Positions 40,466 to 54,674 of a stretch of DNA of 64,000 nucleotides are shown piece after piece. The DNA lies in the NCBI GenBank assembly GCA_951406725.2, contig OX597817.1, positions 160,332,001-160,396,000 on the forward strand, written 5' to 3'. This DNA comes from Octopus vulgaris. Lineage: Eukaryota. The notes under the pieces are model-generated. The model searched no databases and was not told the origin of the DNA. It worked only from the letters and a program-made list of their open reading frames with translations. The translations under genes and the position numbers were made by a program. Numbering within the stretch: position 1 is the first letter of the stretch; the number at the start of each line of letters is the position of its first letter.

Positions 40466-41199
40466 ATGTTGTTGTTGTTGCTCATTTCTTTCGTCTTGCT
40501 TTTCTTTATGTTTATTTTATTACATTCATAGCGTTTCCTCGGCGACACTGAAATAGTTTTGGAAAGCGTGGCCGTAAGGGGTGGAAGTACGAGGAGACGA
40601 GTTCAAATTACAATAGGATGTATTGTCACGGGTGAGCTAACCATCCTCAACGCAGCAACACAATACGTATCCTTTTATATTATGCAACGGGTTTGGTCTG
40701 CAGAGGGTGCAGCAAATATGCAGAGCAATTTGATTGGTTAAGAAGTTATTACATCACGCTTCTTTTCCCACCTACGTAAAAAAAGAGACCATTACCCCCC
40801 CACTCTTTTCCCACAGATACTCAAACCTTTTAGCTCCTTAACTCTTTTCGTCTCCCAGCCTGTAATGCACCTCCTCCACCCGTGTTTTCATCCCAGACTC
40901 CAAATACCCAATGAAATCAGCCGCGGCTCACCCGTATCTTCATCCATTGCCAAATTTCATACACATTACACATTGCACAATTATTACCACCGCCAGCAAC
41001 AACACCAACACCAACAACGCCATGCCCCAACCCTTTTACTAACCATCACGACCACAGCTACCACCACCACTGCGGCCGCCATCACCACTATCACCATGAC
41101 CGCCGCTACTACCACCATCATCTCTACTACTACTATTACTAACTACCACTACTACCACCAGCGTCACTGTTATCACCATCACCACAACCACAACCACCG

Positions 41200-41705
41200 T
41201 CACCACCACCACCACCACCACCACCACCACGAATAGTACACCACCCTCACCACCACTACTACCGCTACTACCACCACCACCACCGCCACCATTACCACCG
41301 CTACCGCTACCACCACTTCCACCATCACCACCACCACCACCACCACCACCACCAATACCACCACTACTACCGCTACTACCACCACCACCACCGCCACCAT
41401 TACCACCGCTACCGCTACCACCACTTCCACCATCACACCACCACCACCACCACCACCACGAATAGTACACCACCCTCACCACCACTACTACCGCTACTAC
41501 CACCACCACCACCACCGCCACCATTACCACCGCTACCGCTACCACCACTTCCACCATCACCACCACCACCACCACCACCACCACGAATAGTACACCACCC
41601 TCACCACCACTACTACCGCTACTACCACCACCACCACCGCCACCATTACCACCGCTACCGCTACCACCACTTCCACCATCACCACCACCACCACCACCAC
41701 ACCAC
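41200..41705. repeat. Higher-order ~125-bp tandem repeat built from (ACC)n
   Basis: The marker cacgaatagtacaccaccctc recurs at about 41228, 41457 and 41582, with a partial unit between the first two. Confidence 0.8.
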
Positions 41706-42140
41706 TGTGAGCACCGTTACTTCTACTATCACCACCACACAACCACAAACACTACCACTACCACCCCAACTGCCACCACCATTACTGCTACTACCACCAC
41801 CACCACCACCACCACCACCACCACTACTACTACTACTACTACTGACCTATCAACCAATCAGAAAACGCGCCGTCATAATCATCCATACAGTCACCCACCA
41901 CCCACGCAAGCTGCAATCCATCCATGACGACCACGACATCACCTTTTCTCCTTTCTATACATATACGATTGCCATCCACCATTGTTTGCTCCCACAACAG
42001 AAACTGCACCTTAATACCTATCTTTGACTCTTCCTCTGCAATCATCATCATCATCCTCATCATTATCATCATTTGCAACAGCAGCAGCAGATGCTGCATT
42101 AGTAATTTATGATTAAAAGTTTAAATAATTACATGACAAG

Positions 42141-42171
<31 letters not shown>

Positions 42172-42174
42172 CAA

Positions 42175-42214
<40 letters not shown>

Positions 42215-42261
42215 GAGAGGCGGGGAATGGACTCCCACACATCAAATATAGAAGTAAATAA

Positions 42262-42293
<32 letters not shown>

Positions 42294-42613
42294 GGATGTG
42301 TGGCAAGAAGCTTGCTTCTCAACCATATGGTTCCGGGTTCGGTCCCACTGCATGGCACCTTGGACGAGTGCCTTCTACTATAGCTTCGGGCCTAGCAAAG
42401 CCTTATGAGTGGACTTAGTAGACGGAAACTGAAAGAAACCCATCGTGTGTAGATATATATAAGGTAACAAACAAAGGAAAAAATTCCTTCAAAGAGGAAT
42501 TCCTTCACTGGAACGTCGGTTGAATACCACATAAATAAAGGTATAACGCAAATTACAAGCAATAAATTAGATAGAATCAAATGGCAATCCAATAATATAT
42601 TTATATTATAACA

Positions 42614-42993
42614 CTAGCAGTATCGCCCGGCGTTGCTCAGGTTTGTAAGGGAAATAACTATAAAGCATTTTTAGAGAGTTATAGCCAAAAAATAGCAAAA
42701 AAATGGAAAAAAAATGATGGTAAATTTTTTTTGAGAGTTAAAACAGGTGGAGCTGCGTCCCCTAGACGGTCTGTGGTTTGGGTTTCTCTTTCTCGACCCC
42801 ATGTCGAATTTATCGATTTTTTTCAGAACTGGGGAACTTTTCAAAATTTTCGCTGCGTTAGTTTTGAATTATGACATTGGGCTATGTGTGTCAAGTTTCA
42901 TCAGAATCGGTTGAAGCCGTGGTCAGAGTGAGGGTACGAGAAAACAGACACACAGAAAACGCACAGACAAACTGCCGTTTATATAGAGAGAGA
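42614..42993 (-). mobile_element. Non-autonomous Helitron
   Basis: On the minus strand it begins A|TCTC.. and ends with a GC hairpin followed by CTAG|T. Confidence 0.8.
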
Positions 42994-43024
42994 TAATATA
43001 TACTATAAATATAATATAATATAA

Positions 43025-43395
43025 TCTCTCTATATATAAACGGCAGTTTGTCTGTGTGTGTTTCTGTGTGTCTGTTAGGTTGTACCCTCACCCTGACCAC
43101 GGCTTTCAACCGATTCTGATGAAACTTGACACACACATAGCCTAATGTCATAATTCAAAAGTAACGCAGCGAAAATTTTGAAAATTTCCCCCGGTTCTGA
43201 AAAAATCGATAAATTCGACATGGGGTCGAGAATCAGAAACACAAACCACAGACTGTCTAGGGGACGCAACTCGACCTTTTTTAACTAAAAAAAAATTTAC
43301 CATAATTTTTTTTCCATTTTTTGGTTATAACTCTCTAAAAATGCTTTATAGTTACTTCCCTTACAAACCCGAGCAACGCCGGGCGATACTGCTAG
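43025..43395 (+). mobile_element. Non-autonomous Helitron, same family, opposite orientation
   Basis: 5' a|tctctctatatataaa; 3' hairpin cccgagcaacgccggg, then ctag|t. Confidence 0.85.
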
Positions 43396-43487
43396 TATAA
43401 TATAATATAACATAAACAACAATTATTTATTGTTTTTTAAATAATTGTTTATGTTATATTATATAGATAATATATTAATATTATAAT

Positions 43488-43753
43488 CTGTTGTGTCTGG
43501 GGAGAGCCATTTTCTTTTTTGTGCCTTATAATTTAACAGACTCACCGGTAAAATTTCCACTTATTCCTAATTTTTATGTTCCTAAATTTTCAGTTATGTC
43601 TTGCAACCTTTTCAAGAGTCAAGACTATTGAACAGGTTGCAAGACGCAACGAAAATTTATATTGTAAGGCACAAAAAGAAAATGACTCTCCCCGGACACA
43701 ACAGAATATGCTTCAACACATGGACTTACATAAAGAATCTTGCAAACCAAATC
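43488..43753. mobile_element. Fold-back element with a hammerhead-like motif at the apex
   Basis: Outer arms at about 43488-43532 and 43661-43704; inner arms at 43584-43620 and 43623-43658. Confidence 0.7.
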
Positions 43754-43819
43754 CAAACTTAATATTATAATATAAATAAATAATTGGATTGTCAATTGTA
43801 TCTCTCTATTCAATTTATT

Positions 43820-43882
<63 letters not shown>

Positions 43883-43963
43883 TTACGAAAATAAACAAAA
43901 GACGAAGGCAAGTGGAGTACAAACAAACAAATGTATTAGTATAGCGCTCAGGAATAGAAAAAG

Positions 43964-44001
43964 TCTTTTACGTTTCGAGCCTACGCTCTTCGACAGAAGG
44001 A
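43964..44001 (-). ncRNA. Minimal hammerhead-like motif, core CUGUCGA
   Basis: uccuu-CUGUCGA-a-gagc/guag/gcuc-GAAA-cg-UA/aaaga. Same family as 8323-8360 and the degenerate plus-strand copy at about 34305-34342. Confidence 0.55.
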
Positions 44002-44075
44002 TACACAGAAAAAAACAAGGAGAGAAAAAAGGAGAGAAAAAATGCGTGTAGGAGCTAACGATCTATCATGGCGTC

Positions 44076-44111
<36 letters not shown>

Positions 44112-44281
44112 ATGTGAGTGTGTGTGTGTGTGTGTGTGTGTTTGTGTGTGTGTATTTGAGTGTGTGTGTGTGTGTTTGTGTGTGTGTATTTGAGTGTGTG
44201 TGTGTGTGTGTGTTTGTGTCTGTGTTCATCCCACCACCACCAACAGTAGTGTGTCTGTGTGTGTAAGGGGTTCCAGCAAAC

Positions 44282-44600
44282 GAAGCCAAAGTTAACTCCA
44301 CCACCTTAAACGGAATTGTTGTCGCAAAGAGTTACATAGGAAAGTTAGAAGGGACTTTTAAACAAAGGTACTCAATCACCATTGCTACTTTCATCATATA
44401 TAAGGATAATATCAACAGATTTACAGATAATACCAACAGTATTGTTCTACGTTTGGTGTCTACAGGATATAACATTGAATATCTCAAGTAGAAAATCCAT
44501 GTGCAAAGTAGATCGGATATCTGTGACCTAAGTTAGTTGTGTACAGTAGGAAAGACCATATCATTGAATACTATTAATTCCTCAATTGAACGCTATTAGT
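44282..44600 (+). pseudogene. PLE GIY-YIG endonuclease relic
   Basis: EAKVNSTTLNGIVVAKSYIGKLEGTFKQRY, then frameshifted YVW.L and K*KI. This fits the YIG.TEG.FK.RY pattern. Confidence 0.7.
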
Positions 44601-45380
44601 CGTGTATGATGGGTGGGTGGGAAATACCATAATACTAATACTTACAGTAGCTAAATAGTCATTCGGAATTTTTCGGTAGATGCCACTATTATCATAAGTA
44701 CTTATTAAAATTCTGGCATTCCACATACCACCGTGTTAGATATATGAAGCCAAATTAAAAGGAGCCGTCTCAAAATTTCCTTTTAAGATGAGTAAACCTT
44801 CGAAATTCGTTTACATTTTCGCAAAGCTACTTAACCCTGGTGGTAGAATTGCAAGCTTTATAAAATTTAGCAACTGCACCCTTCACAGCTGGCTCATATA
44901 GTAGCAGACACTTAACCAAGGTGCTGCATTCCGTTGACATATGGTTTGCGGCTTCATATAACTAGCTTGGTGGTATTGTAGGATGCTTATGATAGGAGTG
45001 GTATCTTGCCAAAAAAACTACAAATGAGTATTTTGGCATATGAAGAGGCATTAATAGTATTCGATATTATGGTCTTTCCCACCGTGCACAACTGACAGAT
45101 ATCTCCTTCTACTTGACATCTCAGTAAATATTATTATTGTAATTATTATATCATTTATTATGTTAAAGACATATTATATTCATTTAATCGAATCCAGGCA
45201 AAATAAAAAGTATGATTTATTTCATTGCATTGTAAATACGCATTACAGAAAATAACCGTATATTCAAATGATAGTTACGAGGGATTTGAAATGAAAGGCT
45301 AAATGCTATGAATATACCATTCATCAGGGGAACCTTTAAGTAATAATAATAATACATATATGCACAAACATACACGTATA

Positions 45381-45611
45381 TACGAGGGGTTGCTGAAAAA
45401 TTCCTGGCTTTGGATAAAAGAAATTACAAGAGGATTAGTTAATTATGATTTTATTCAACCTATTCCCCTCTCAGATTCACACACTTATTGCAGTGGTCCT
45501 TCAGTTTTTCTAACCCCAGTAAAAGAAAAAGAAAAAACCTCAGAAGGTTGGGCCTCCAACCAGGCCTTTCGTGATACTCTTAAAGCCAGAAACTTTTCAG
45601 CACCTCTCGTA
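45381..45611 (-). mobile_element. Mariner-derived MITE
   Basis: TA-flanked ~30-bp TIRs (tacgaggggttgctgaaaaattcctggcttt / aaagccagaaacttttcagcacctctcgta). The interior retains the transposase C-terminal codons (NKCVNLRGE*VE*). Confidence 0.85.
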
Positions 45612-46403
45612 TATACTCTTGTGACGTGTTAGGACACGTTACAACTTATTACAACACATAAATCGATAAACGTCGCCCTTTTCAAGTCTAGCCAGGCTCA
45701 TGGGCCCGGTTTCCCGGTTTCTGTGGTGTATGTGTTCCCCCAGCTGGACGGGATGCCAGTCCATCGCAGCGTTACTCAAGAAACAAGAAGAGAGAGTGAA
45801 AGAAAGTTGTGGCGAAAGAGTACAACAGGGGTCACCACCACCCCCTGCCGGAGCCTCGTGGAGCTTTTAGGTGTTTTCGCTCAATAAACATACACTCAAC
45901 ACCCGGTTTGGGAATCGAAACCGCGATCCTCCGACCGCGAATCCGCTGCCCTAACCACTGGGCCATTGCAACACCAGAAAAGATACAGGCGCAATTACTA
46001 CAGCCAATGTCGACTGTTCCAACACGAAACCTCACACTGACGTAGCTAATGTGGTCTAAGAATTTCCTCAGAGTTTATAGCTATTTATAGTGTAGACAAA
46101 CTTGGAATCTGATTCCAATAGAGTTAAGAAGACTAGAAAATCTTGATCGTTTCTAATTTGTCTGCCGTCGAAAATTTAAAATCAGTGGCGTAACAACTTG
46201 GTTTAATTTTTACAACGACCGACGAAATTTTAGAAGTCTCTATCAAACTTTCGCTTGTAAAAATAATTGTGATGCTTTATTTAAGCGTATTGAGGGATCC
46301 AGTTAATGTTTGACTGTTTTTATATAAAAGTATACTGAACTATATATCATCAAAGATGCTTTGCCCAAGCAGACATCGCAAGAACTACCTTTAAAGAGCT
46401 TCT

Positions 46404-46414
46404 GATGATGGTGT

Positions 46415-46447
<33 letters not shown>

Positions 46448-46636
46448 CGATGACGATGATGACGATGATGACGATGACGATGATGATGATGATGATGACG
46501 ATGATGATGATGATGATGACGATGATGATGATGACGATGATGACGATGACGACGATGACGACGACGATGATGACGACGACGATGATGATGATGATGAGGA
46601 GGAGGAGGAGGAGGAGGAAGAGGAGGAGGAGGAGGA
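46404..46636. repeat. (GAT/GAC)n then (GAG)n microsatellite
   Basis: Seen directly in the sequence. Confidence 0.95.
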
Positions 46637-47149
46637 ATAGTTCTGTAGTCTTTAGAACCCGTCTTCAGCAGGAATGTCAACATCACAAGTGCTTTGCATA
46701 TTAGCTCGTGCACTCCACTTGAGTGGGGGTAGTCTGATGAAGTCAACGACCGGTGAAACTTCGAAGTCACTATCAACCTTTTCCTTGTAAAATAGGCATG
46801 GCTATGTGGTTAAGAAGCTCATTTTGCAGCCACGTGATTTCGGGTTCATTCCCACTGCACGGCACTTTGGATAAATGTCTTCTTCTATAACTCCAGGCGA
46901 CCAATACCTTGTGAGTGAATTTGGTAGCCAAAACTTGTGTGGAAGCCCGTCGGTTAATATATATGCGTGTGTATGTGCATGTGTATGTATGTATGTATGT
47001 ATGTATGCATGTATGTATGTATGTATGTATGTATGTATGTATGTATGTATGTATGTATGTATGTATGTATGTATGTATGTATGTATGTATGTATGTATGC
47101 ATGCATGTATGTAAGTATGTATGTATGCATGTATGCATGTATGTATATA

Positions 47150-47185
<36 letters not shown>

Positions 47186-47741
47186 TGTATGTATGTATGT
47201 ATGTATGTATGTATGTATGTATGTATGTATGCATGCATGTATGTATGCATGTATATATGTATGTATGTATGTAAGTATGTAAGTATGTATGTATGCATGT
47301 ATGTATGTATGTATGTATGTATGTATGTATGTATTGTGTTTGTACCCCAACCGCTTGTTTTTTTTTACGTCCCCATAACATAGCAGTTCAGCATAAGAGA
47401 TCGATAGAATAAGTATCGGATTTTAGAATAAATTAGTACTGTGGTCGATTTGTTTGACTGAATCTCCAAGGCGGTGTCCCAGCATGGCCGCAGTTCAATG
47501 ACTGAAACAAGTAGAAGTTAGATATAGTATATGCACTTATGTATGTGTGTTTGCAATCATGTGTTTCTAAATGATGGGGGAGGGGTGAGTCAGTATGTGA
47601 GTGAAGAGAGAAAGAGAGAGAGAGAGATGAGAACGGAAGCGAGAGAATAAAGAGGATTATTGAGTGAGTGGGAGTTGATATTGAGATACGTGCGTATGTA
47701 AGACATACACACTCTCTATTTCTGTCACGCAAAGGCACAAG

Positions 47742-47790
<49 letters not shown>

Positions 47791-48839
47791 TATAAGAAAA
47801 ATGATTATATGACGATGTATGGAAACATAAACGTCTGAAGGTAAAGGGATTTAGGGGGAAATAAAAGCTTTAATTCAGTCAAGCGTTTCATGTGAAAACA
47901 ACATGAAGTCCATTTGTCATAAGAAAGTGTCACATGGCCAACGGCCAGAGCAAGTTTTCAGACAAACATCAGAAAACCAGTTGTGAAAATAAGAATTTTC
48001 AAACAAGCAGACGATCGAGTTGTTTTGATGAGAGGAGAGAGAGAGAGAGAGAGAAAGAAATAAAGGGAGAAGAAAAGGAGGAAAGAAGGAAAGAAAGAAA
48101 AAGAGAAGGAATGAATGAAAGAAAGAAAGTTTTGGGAGAAGAAAAGAAAGGAGTTAGAAAAGTGCAAACAGAATTTTGAAAAATATAAGTATTTAGTGGA
48201 GGAAGTCTTGAGGGATTAGCGGGAAATATACTTAAATAAAAAGAGATGAGAAGGTACAATGGACGAACATAAACACAGAGAAAAAGAGAGAGAGAGGGGA
48301 GAGAGAGAGAGAGAAAGAGAGAGGGGGAGAGAGAGTAAGGGATGGAGAGAGAAAGAGAGGAGAGTGAGAAAGAAAGAATGAGGAGAGAGAAGAAGAGTGA
48401 GAAACAAAGAATGAGAGGAGAGAAAGAAAGTGAGGGGGAGGAAGAGAAAGCGAAAATGAGAGAGAGAAAGAAAGAAAGAGAGAGAGAGAGAGAGCAAAAA
48501 AAAACCCAGAGAACGTAATGTTGTTTACCTTAGGTCAGCCATAATTAAGTAATTTATGGATCCCCACCAAAATGGCGGACAAAATTGTGGGATAGAATTA
48601 TCTTACGATAATTGTTTCAGATCGTTTTCTTCAAAATTCACATCCCGCGAGAAACTACTTTGCATTTCTTCCTTGTGGATTGCCGATATAATAAGTGCCA
48701 TCCAAATACTGGGGGCCTCTATCTGTCTGCTTGTCTGTCTGTCTGTCTCTCTCTCTCTGTCTCTCTCTCTCTGTCTCTCTCTCTCTGTCTCTCTCTCTCT
48801 GTCTCTCTCTGTCTCTCTGTCTCTCTCTGTCTCTCTGTC

Positions 48840-48915
<76 letters not shown>

Positions 48916-49229
48916 TCTCAGAATTGATTATGATGCATTAAAGTTAGTTATACACCAAATGTTCCCATTGCCTCCAACAAATAAAGTAGTGTTAAAACAG
49001 GGATTTAGCAACCTTAACTCTGTCTTCTGTCACGTAATTCTTCGACAAAATCAGTATCATAGCCTTTGAATTGCACTCATAATCCATCCAATGGACTGAA
49101 ACTAATCGTCTACAGAGTTTCACGCACAGTCGACCTGGGACACAAGTAAAAGATACTCCAGAGATATGGGAACCGAACCCTAGACCTCGTGATTGTCAAG
49201 CGAACTTCTAAACCATTCGCTCATACTCT

Positions 49230-49612
49230 ATTGTACTCTTTTACTTATTTCAGTCATTTAACTGCGGCTATGCTGGAGCACCGCCTTCAGTCGAGCAAAT
49301 CGACCCCAGGACTAGTACTTATTCTATCGGTCGCTTTTGCCGAACCACTAAGTTACGGGGACGTTAACACACCAGCATCGGTTGTCAAGCGATGTTGGGG
49401 GGACAAACACAGACACACAAACATATACTCACACACATACATATATACGACGGACTTCTTTCAGTTTCCGTCTACCAAATCCACTCACAAGGCTTTGGTC
49501 GGCCTGAGGCTATAGTAGAAGACACTTACCCAAAGTGCCACGCTGTGGGACTGAACCCGGAACTATGTAGTTCGTAAGCAAGCTACTTATCACACAGCCA
49601 CTCCTGCGCCTA
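49230..49612 (-). mobile_element. SINE family A
   Basis: Ends cacacagccactcctgcgcct. Confidence 0.8.
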
Positions 49613-49856
49613 TGCTGTTCATTTTACACCATTTATTTTTTATCTGTTACCTTTTACTTGCATCCGTCAATGGGCTGCAGACATGCTAGTTCGCTACATA
49701 ATTTTTAAAGTCTGGTACTTATTCTATCAGTCGCTTTTCATAATCGCTAAGCTACGGTGACCTAAACAAACCAACACCGGTTATCATATACTGGTGAAAC
49801 AGACATACACACAAACACACAAACACACACGCGCGCACACACACATACACATAAAC

Positions 49857-50195
49857 AGTGAAGGCGAATGGCTCAGTGGTTAGAGCGTCGGGCTCACAAT
49901 CATGAGGTAGTGAGTTCGATTCCCGGACTGGGCTGTGTATTGCGTTCTTGAGCAAGGCACTTTATTTTCACGTTGCTCCAGTTCACTCAGCTGTAGAAAT
50001 GAGTTGTGATGTCACTGGTGCAAAGCCGTATCGTCCTTTGCCTTTTCCTTGGATAACATCGGCGGCACGGAGAGGGGAGGCTGGTATGCACGGGCAACTG
50101 CTGGTTTTCCACAAACAACCTTGCCCAGACTTGTGCCTCGGAGGGTAACTTTCTAGGTAAAGACCCCCTATGGTAATTCATGACCAAAGGGGTTC
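49857..50195 (+). mobile_element. SINE family D (CORE-like)
   Basis: tggctcagtggttagagc (A box), gagttcgattccc (B box) and ttgagcaaggcacttt. Confidence 0.8.
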
Positions 50196-50353
50196 CGTCT
50201 AACAAAATCAATTGCAAGGCATTGGTTGGCTCAGTTGCTATAGAAGAAAACACTTGCCCAAGATGTGTGCAGCGGGACTGAGCCCGAAAAAAACATGGCT
50301 GCAAAGCGAACTTCTAAAACACAGAACAATGCCTGTACCTACATGCATAAACA

Positions 50354-50415
<62 letters not shown>

Positions 50416-51554
50416 TTCTTACATATATATATTTATTTTTCTACGAAGATTTATATCGTATCTTGTATATTTGTTCCCTATGTGGAGGACGCATGAATGA
50501 TGAAGTTTCAAGATACGTACCGTGTTTACTCGTGTCACACCCCTAAAATACAAATACACCCCTAAAATAGAAATTTATTGTCCTAATATTCAGAAATACT
50601 CCGTGAATGTGTCGCACACTAGTTTTGTGTGGGTGTGTATGTGTGTGTGTGTATTTGGTGGGTTCTCACTTAAAATCGAATATAAAATGTTGCGTCTTAT
50701 ACACGAGTAAGTAGGGAATATTTTGAAAATATTGCGAATTGACAGGTATCAAGAATCTCCTTATTAGGCAGGGTTTTGGTGTAGGAGTGGAATTTGAAAA
50801 GGAGTCTGAGAGAGAGAGAAAGACAAAGAGAAAGATTTTTCTGTGGGGTTCATGCAGCTACGATTAAGAAAGTGTAAAGGCGTGATGAGGTGAAGACAAG
50901 TTCGTAGGGATGGCGAGAGAATCGGAATCATTTATGGAAGGGAAGAGGGCAACTGCCAAAACAAGGGGCCCATCAGATATATGTTGGCTTCTTTTGGCAG
51001 TGAGTGCAATGTAAGAAGAGACTTTTAAGAGTCACAAGCAGGGGCAGGGGCAAGCAATCAGCAGCGTTTTAAGAAGTCATGACCTACGCACACACATTCA
51101 CACATGCAAAAAAAGAAAAAGAAAAAACGCAAAATACACAGGCTGGTTCAGACGTATGTACGAACACGCGCGCATGCATACACATACACACACATCCATA
51201 GATAGCTGTCAGTTCAGATATGTACATACGCATTCACACACACACGCACACCACACATATACATACATACACACAGATACAGACAAACATACACGCAAAG
51301 ATAGAGAGAGGGGAAAGTGGGGAAGAAAATAGAGCGAAAAAGAGAGAGACTGAAAGAGCGAGAGAGAGAGAGGGAGAGAGAGAGAGACTGAGAGAGAGAG
51401 AGAAGGAGACTGAAAGAGCGAGAGAGAGCGAGAGAGGGGGACACTGAAAGAGCGAGTGAGAAAGCTATAAAGACATACAAGTATAGGGCATGCTTGGGTA
51501 CAGGCCCATACAAAAGCAAAAAATAATTCTCTTTGAAATGGTGGGACACCAATG

Positions 51555-52740
51555 CTTAGCTGGTACTTATTTCATCGACCCCGGCAGGATGAAAGGCCAA
51601 GCGGAATTGAACTCCGACCCCAGCGGAATTTGAACTCGGAACGTACAGACGGACAAAATGCTGTGCTAACGAATCCGCCAACTCGCCGCATTGATGATAA
51701 CAGCAGGAATCCTTTCTACTAAAGACACAAGGTTTGAAATTTGGGAGCTGGGAGCTAGTCGATTACATCGATCCCAGTGTTTCACTGGTACTTAATTTAT
51801 CGATCCCGATGGGATGGAAGGTAAAGTCGACCTCAACGGAATTTGAGCTCAGAATGTGGTGACAAAGGAAATACTGTTAAGCATATCGCCCGGCGTGCTA
51901 ACGATTCTGTCGCCTTAATGATAACAGTAATGATAATTTGAAAAGGCGGCGAGCTGGCAGAAACGGTAGCACGCCGGGCGAAATGCGTAGCGTATTTCGT
52001 CTGCCGCTACATTCTGAGTTCAAATTCCGCTGAGGTCAACTTTGCCTTTCATCTTTTCGGGATCAATAAATTAAGTACCAGTTACGCACTGAGGTCGATG
52101 TAATCGACTTAATCTGTTTGTCTGTCCTTGTTTGTCCTCTCTGTGTTTAGCCCCTTGTGGGCAATAAAAAATAAGAAACGTTAGCACGCAGGGGGAAATG
52201 CTTAGCGATGTTTTGTCTGTCCTTTCGTTCTGAGTTCAAATTCCGCCAAGGTCGACTTTGTCTTTCATCCTTTCGGGGTCGATAAATTAAGTACCAGTTG
52301 CGCACTGGGGACGATCTAATCGACTGGCCCCCTCCCCCAAAATTTCGGTCCTTGTGCCTAGAGCAGAAAAGTAATGATAGTTTGAAATATTGGCCGAGGG
52401 CAAGGGGAAGGGGTGTCAATTGATGATATCGACCACAGTGCTCAAGTGGTACTTATTTTCTGAATCCTGTAAGGATGGAAGGTAAAGAGCCGATAGAAAT
52501 GCCCTTGAGCGAGATGGCAGAAACGTTAGCACGCCGGGTAAATGCTTTCCGGTATTTCGTCTGCCACTACGTTGGGTTCAAATTCCGCTGAGGTCGACTT
52601 TGCCTTTCATCCTTTCGGTGTACTTAAATTAAGTACCAGTTATGCACTGTAGGTCGATGTAATCAACTCAATCCCTTTGTCTGTCCTTGTTTGTCCCCTC
52701 TGTGTTTAGCCCCTTGTGGGCAATAAAGAAATAAGAAATG
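51555..52740. mobile_element. Cluster of SINE family B copies in both orientations
   Basis: Minus copies at about 51555-51920; plus copies at 51942-52370 and 52510-52740. Confidence 0.75.
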
Positions 52741-53189
52741 CCCGTGAACACACACGCACACAGACACACACACACACACACATATATATAGGTGCAGGCA
52801 TGGCTGTGTGGTAAGAAGTTTATTTGGCAAGAACATCATTTCATTTTCAGTTTCACTATGTGGCACCTTGAGCAAGTATTTTCTACTATAAGCCGGAACC
52901 GACCAAGGATTTGCGAATGGATTTGGTAGATGGAAAGTGAAGGAAGCCCGTCGTGTGTGTGTGTGTGTGTGCGCGCGCGCCTGTGCCTTTGTGTATGTCC
53001 TCCACTTCGCTTAACAACTGGTATCGTTTGGTTTACATTCACGTAGCCTAGCAGTTTGGCAAAAAGAGACCGATAAACCAAGTGCCAGGTTTTATAAACA
53101 AAAAAGTACTGTGCCGATTTGTTCGACTAAATCCTCTCAAGGCACTGCCCCAGCAAGGGCGCAGTTGAATGAGTGAATAATGTAAGAGA

Positions 53190-53242
<53 letters not shown>

Positions 53243-53243
53243 G

Positions 53244-53322
<79 letters not shown>

Positions 53323-53552
53323 GCGCGCGCGCGTGTACGTGTTTGTATAGGAATCTGCGTGTGACCAGATTCCATTAAGCAGTGACGAGGTCAAAGGTTA
53401 AAACACTTGACAGAGACGTATTGTCTTTCTACCTCGACTTCATGTATTTATAATCAAGACAAGAATCAGTTGTCTCTCTATGTACCAGGAATATCTGTAT
53501 ATACAAGTAGAGACATGTACATTTGTACGAGTATACATACACACATGTATGA

Positions 53553-53624
<72 letters not shown>

Positions 53625-53627
53625 TTG

Positions 53628-53662
<35 letters not shown>

Positions 53663-53663
53663 T

Positions 53664-53741
<78 letters not shown>

Positions 53742-53890
53742 CATGTGTGTTTATATATATATATATAAAACTTAGATAAAACTTAGATATGTTTCGACCA
53801 GAGATTGGTCCAGGCCATGTCTAACTTAATAGCACCACCTGATGATATACATATATATATATATATACATATATATATACATATATATAT

Positions 53891-53926
<36 letters not shown>

Positions 53927-53974
53927 TTTGATACTTTGATAGGTTTCGGCCATTATTGGCCCAGGCCATGTCTA

Positions 53975-54063
<89 letters not shown>

Positions 54064-54628
54064 ATGCATGTGTATGAGTGTGTATGTATGTATATGCATA
54101 TGTGTATTCCATTATATTGTGCGTTGAAGGGGCAGAGTGTTACTTTATTTCTCTGTTTTTATGAATCTTTGAAGATCACTTTGTGCTTGTGGTGTGTGTG
54201 TGTGTGTTTGTGTGTGTGTAGTGTGTTTGTGTGCGTATGTGTGTGTGTGTATGTGTGTAAAGAATAAAGATCTTTCACGACTGGTATAGACTCCTATGGC
54301 CGATTTTCGTGGTGCATATATTTCCCAACATGGATGGGACGTCGGTCTGTCACAAGATTACGCGTTTTTGCTAGCAGACTGAATCGGAGCAACGTGAAAT
54401 GAAGTGTTTTGATCAAGAACACAACGCATTGCCCGGTCCATGAATCGAAACCACAATTTCATGTTCTTATGATGAATGAGTTCAAAATCCTAACCATTAA
54501 ACCACGCGCCTCCAGTAAATCAGTGTATATTTGTGAATATATATGCTTTCCTTCACTCACTTGCAAAGTATATGTGCTCTCTCGACTTGATTCAACACAC
54601 ACACATACACACACCCACACACACACAG

Positions 54629-54674
<46 letters not shown>

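Noticed and set aside
40690-40740. CTCF-like and CCAAT-like words in unique sequence
   Set aside because: Short degenerate matches are expected by chance, and no linked transcript is evident.
38725-41830. Thr/Pro/His/Gly/Val/Asn-rich mucin-like ORFs
   Set aside because: They derive from (ACC)n, (GGT)n and (ATT)n simple repeats open in several frames, with no domain or splice evidence.
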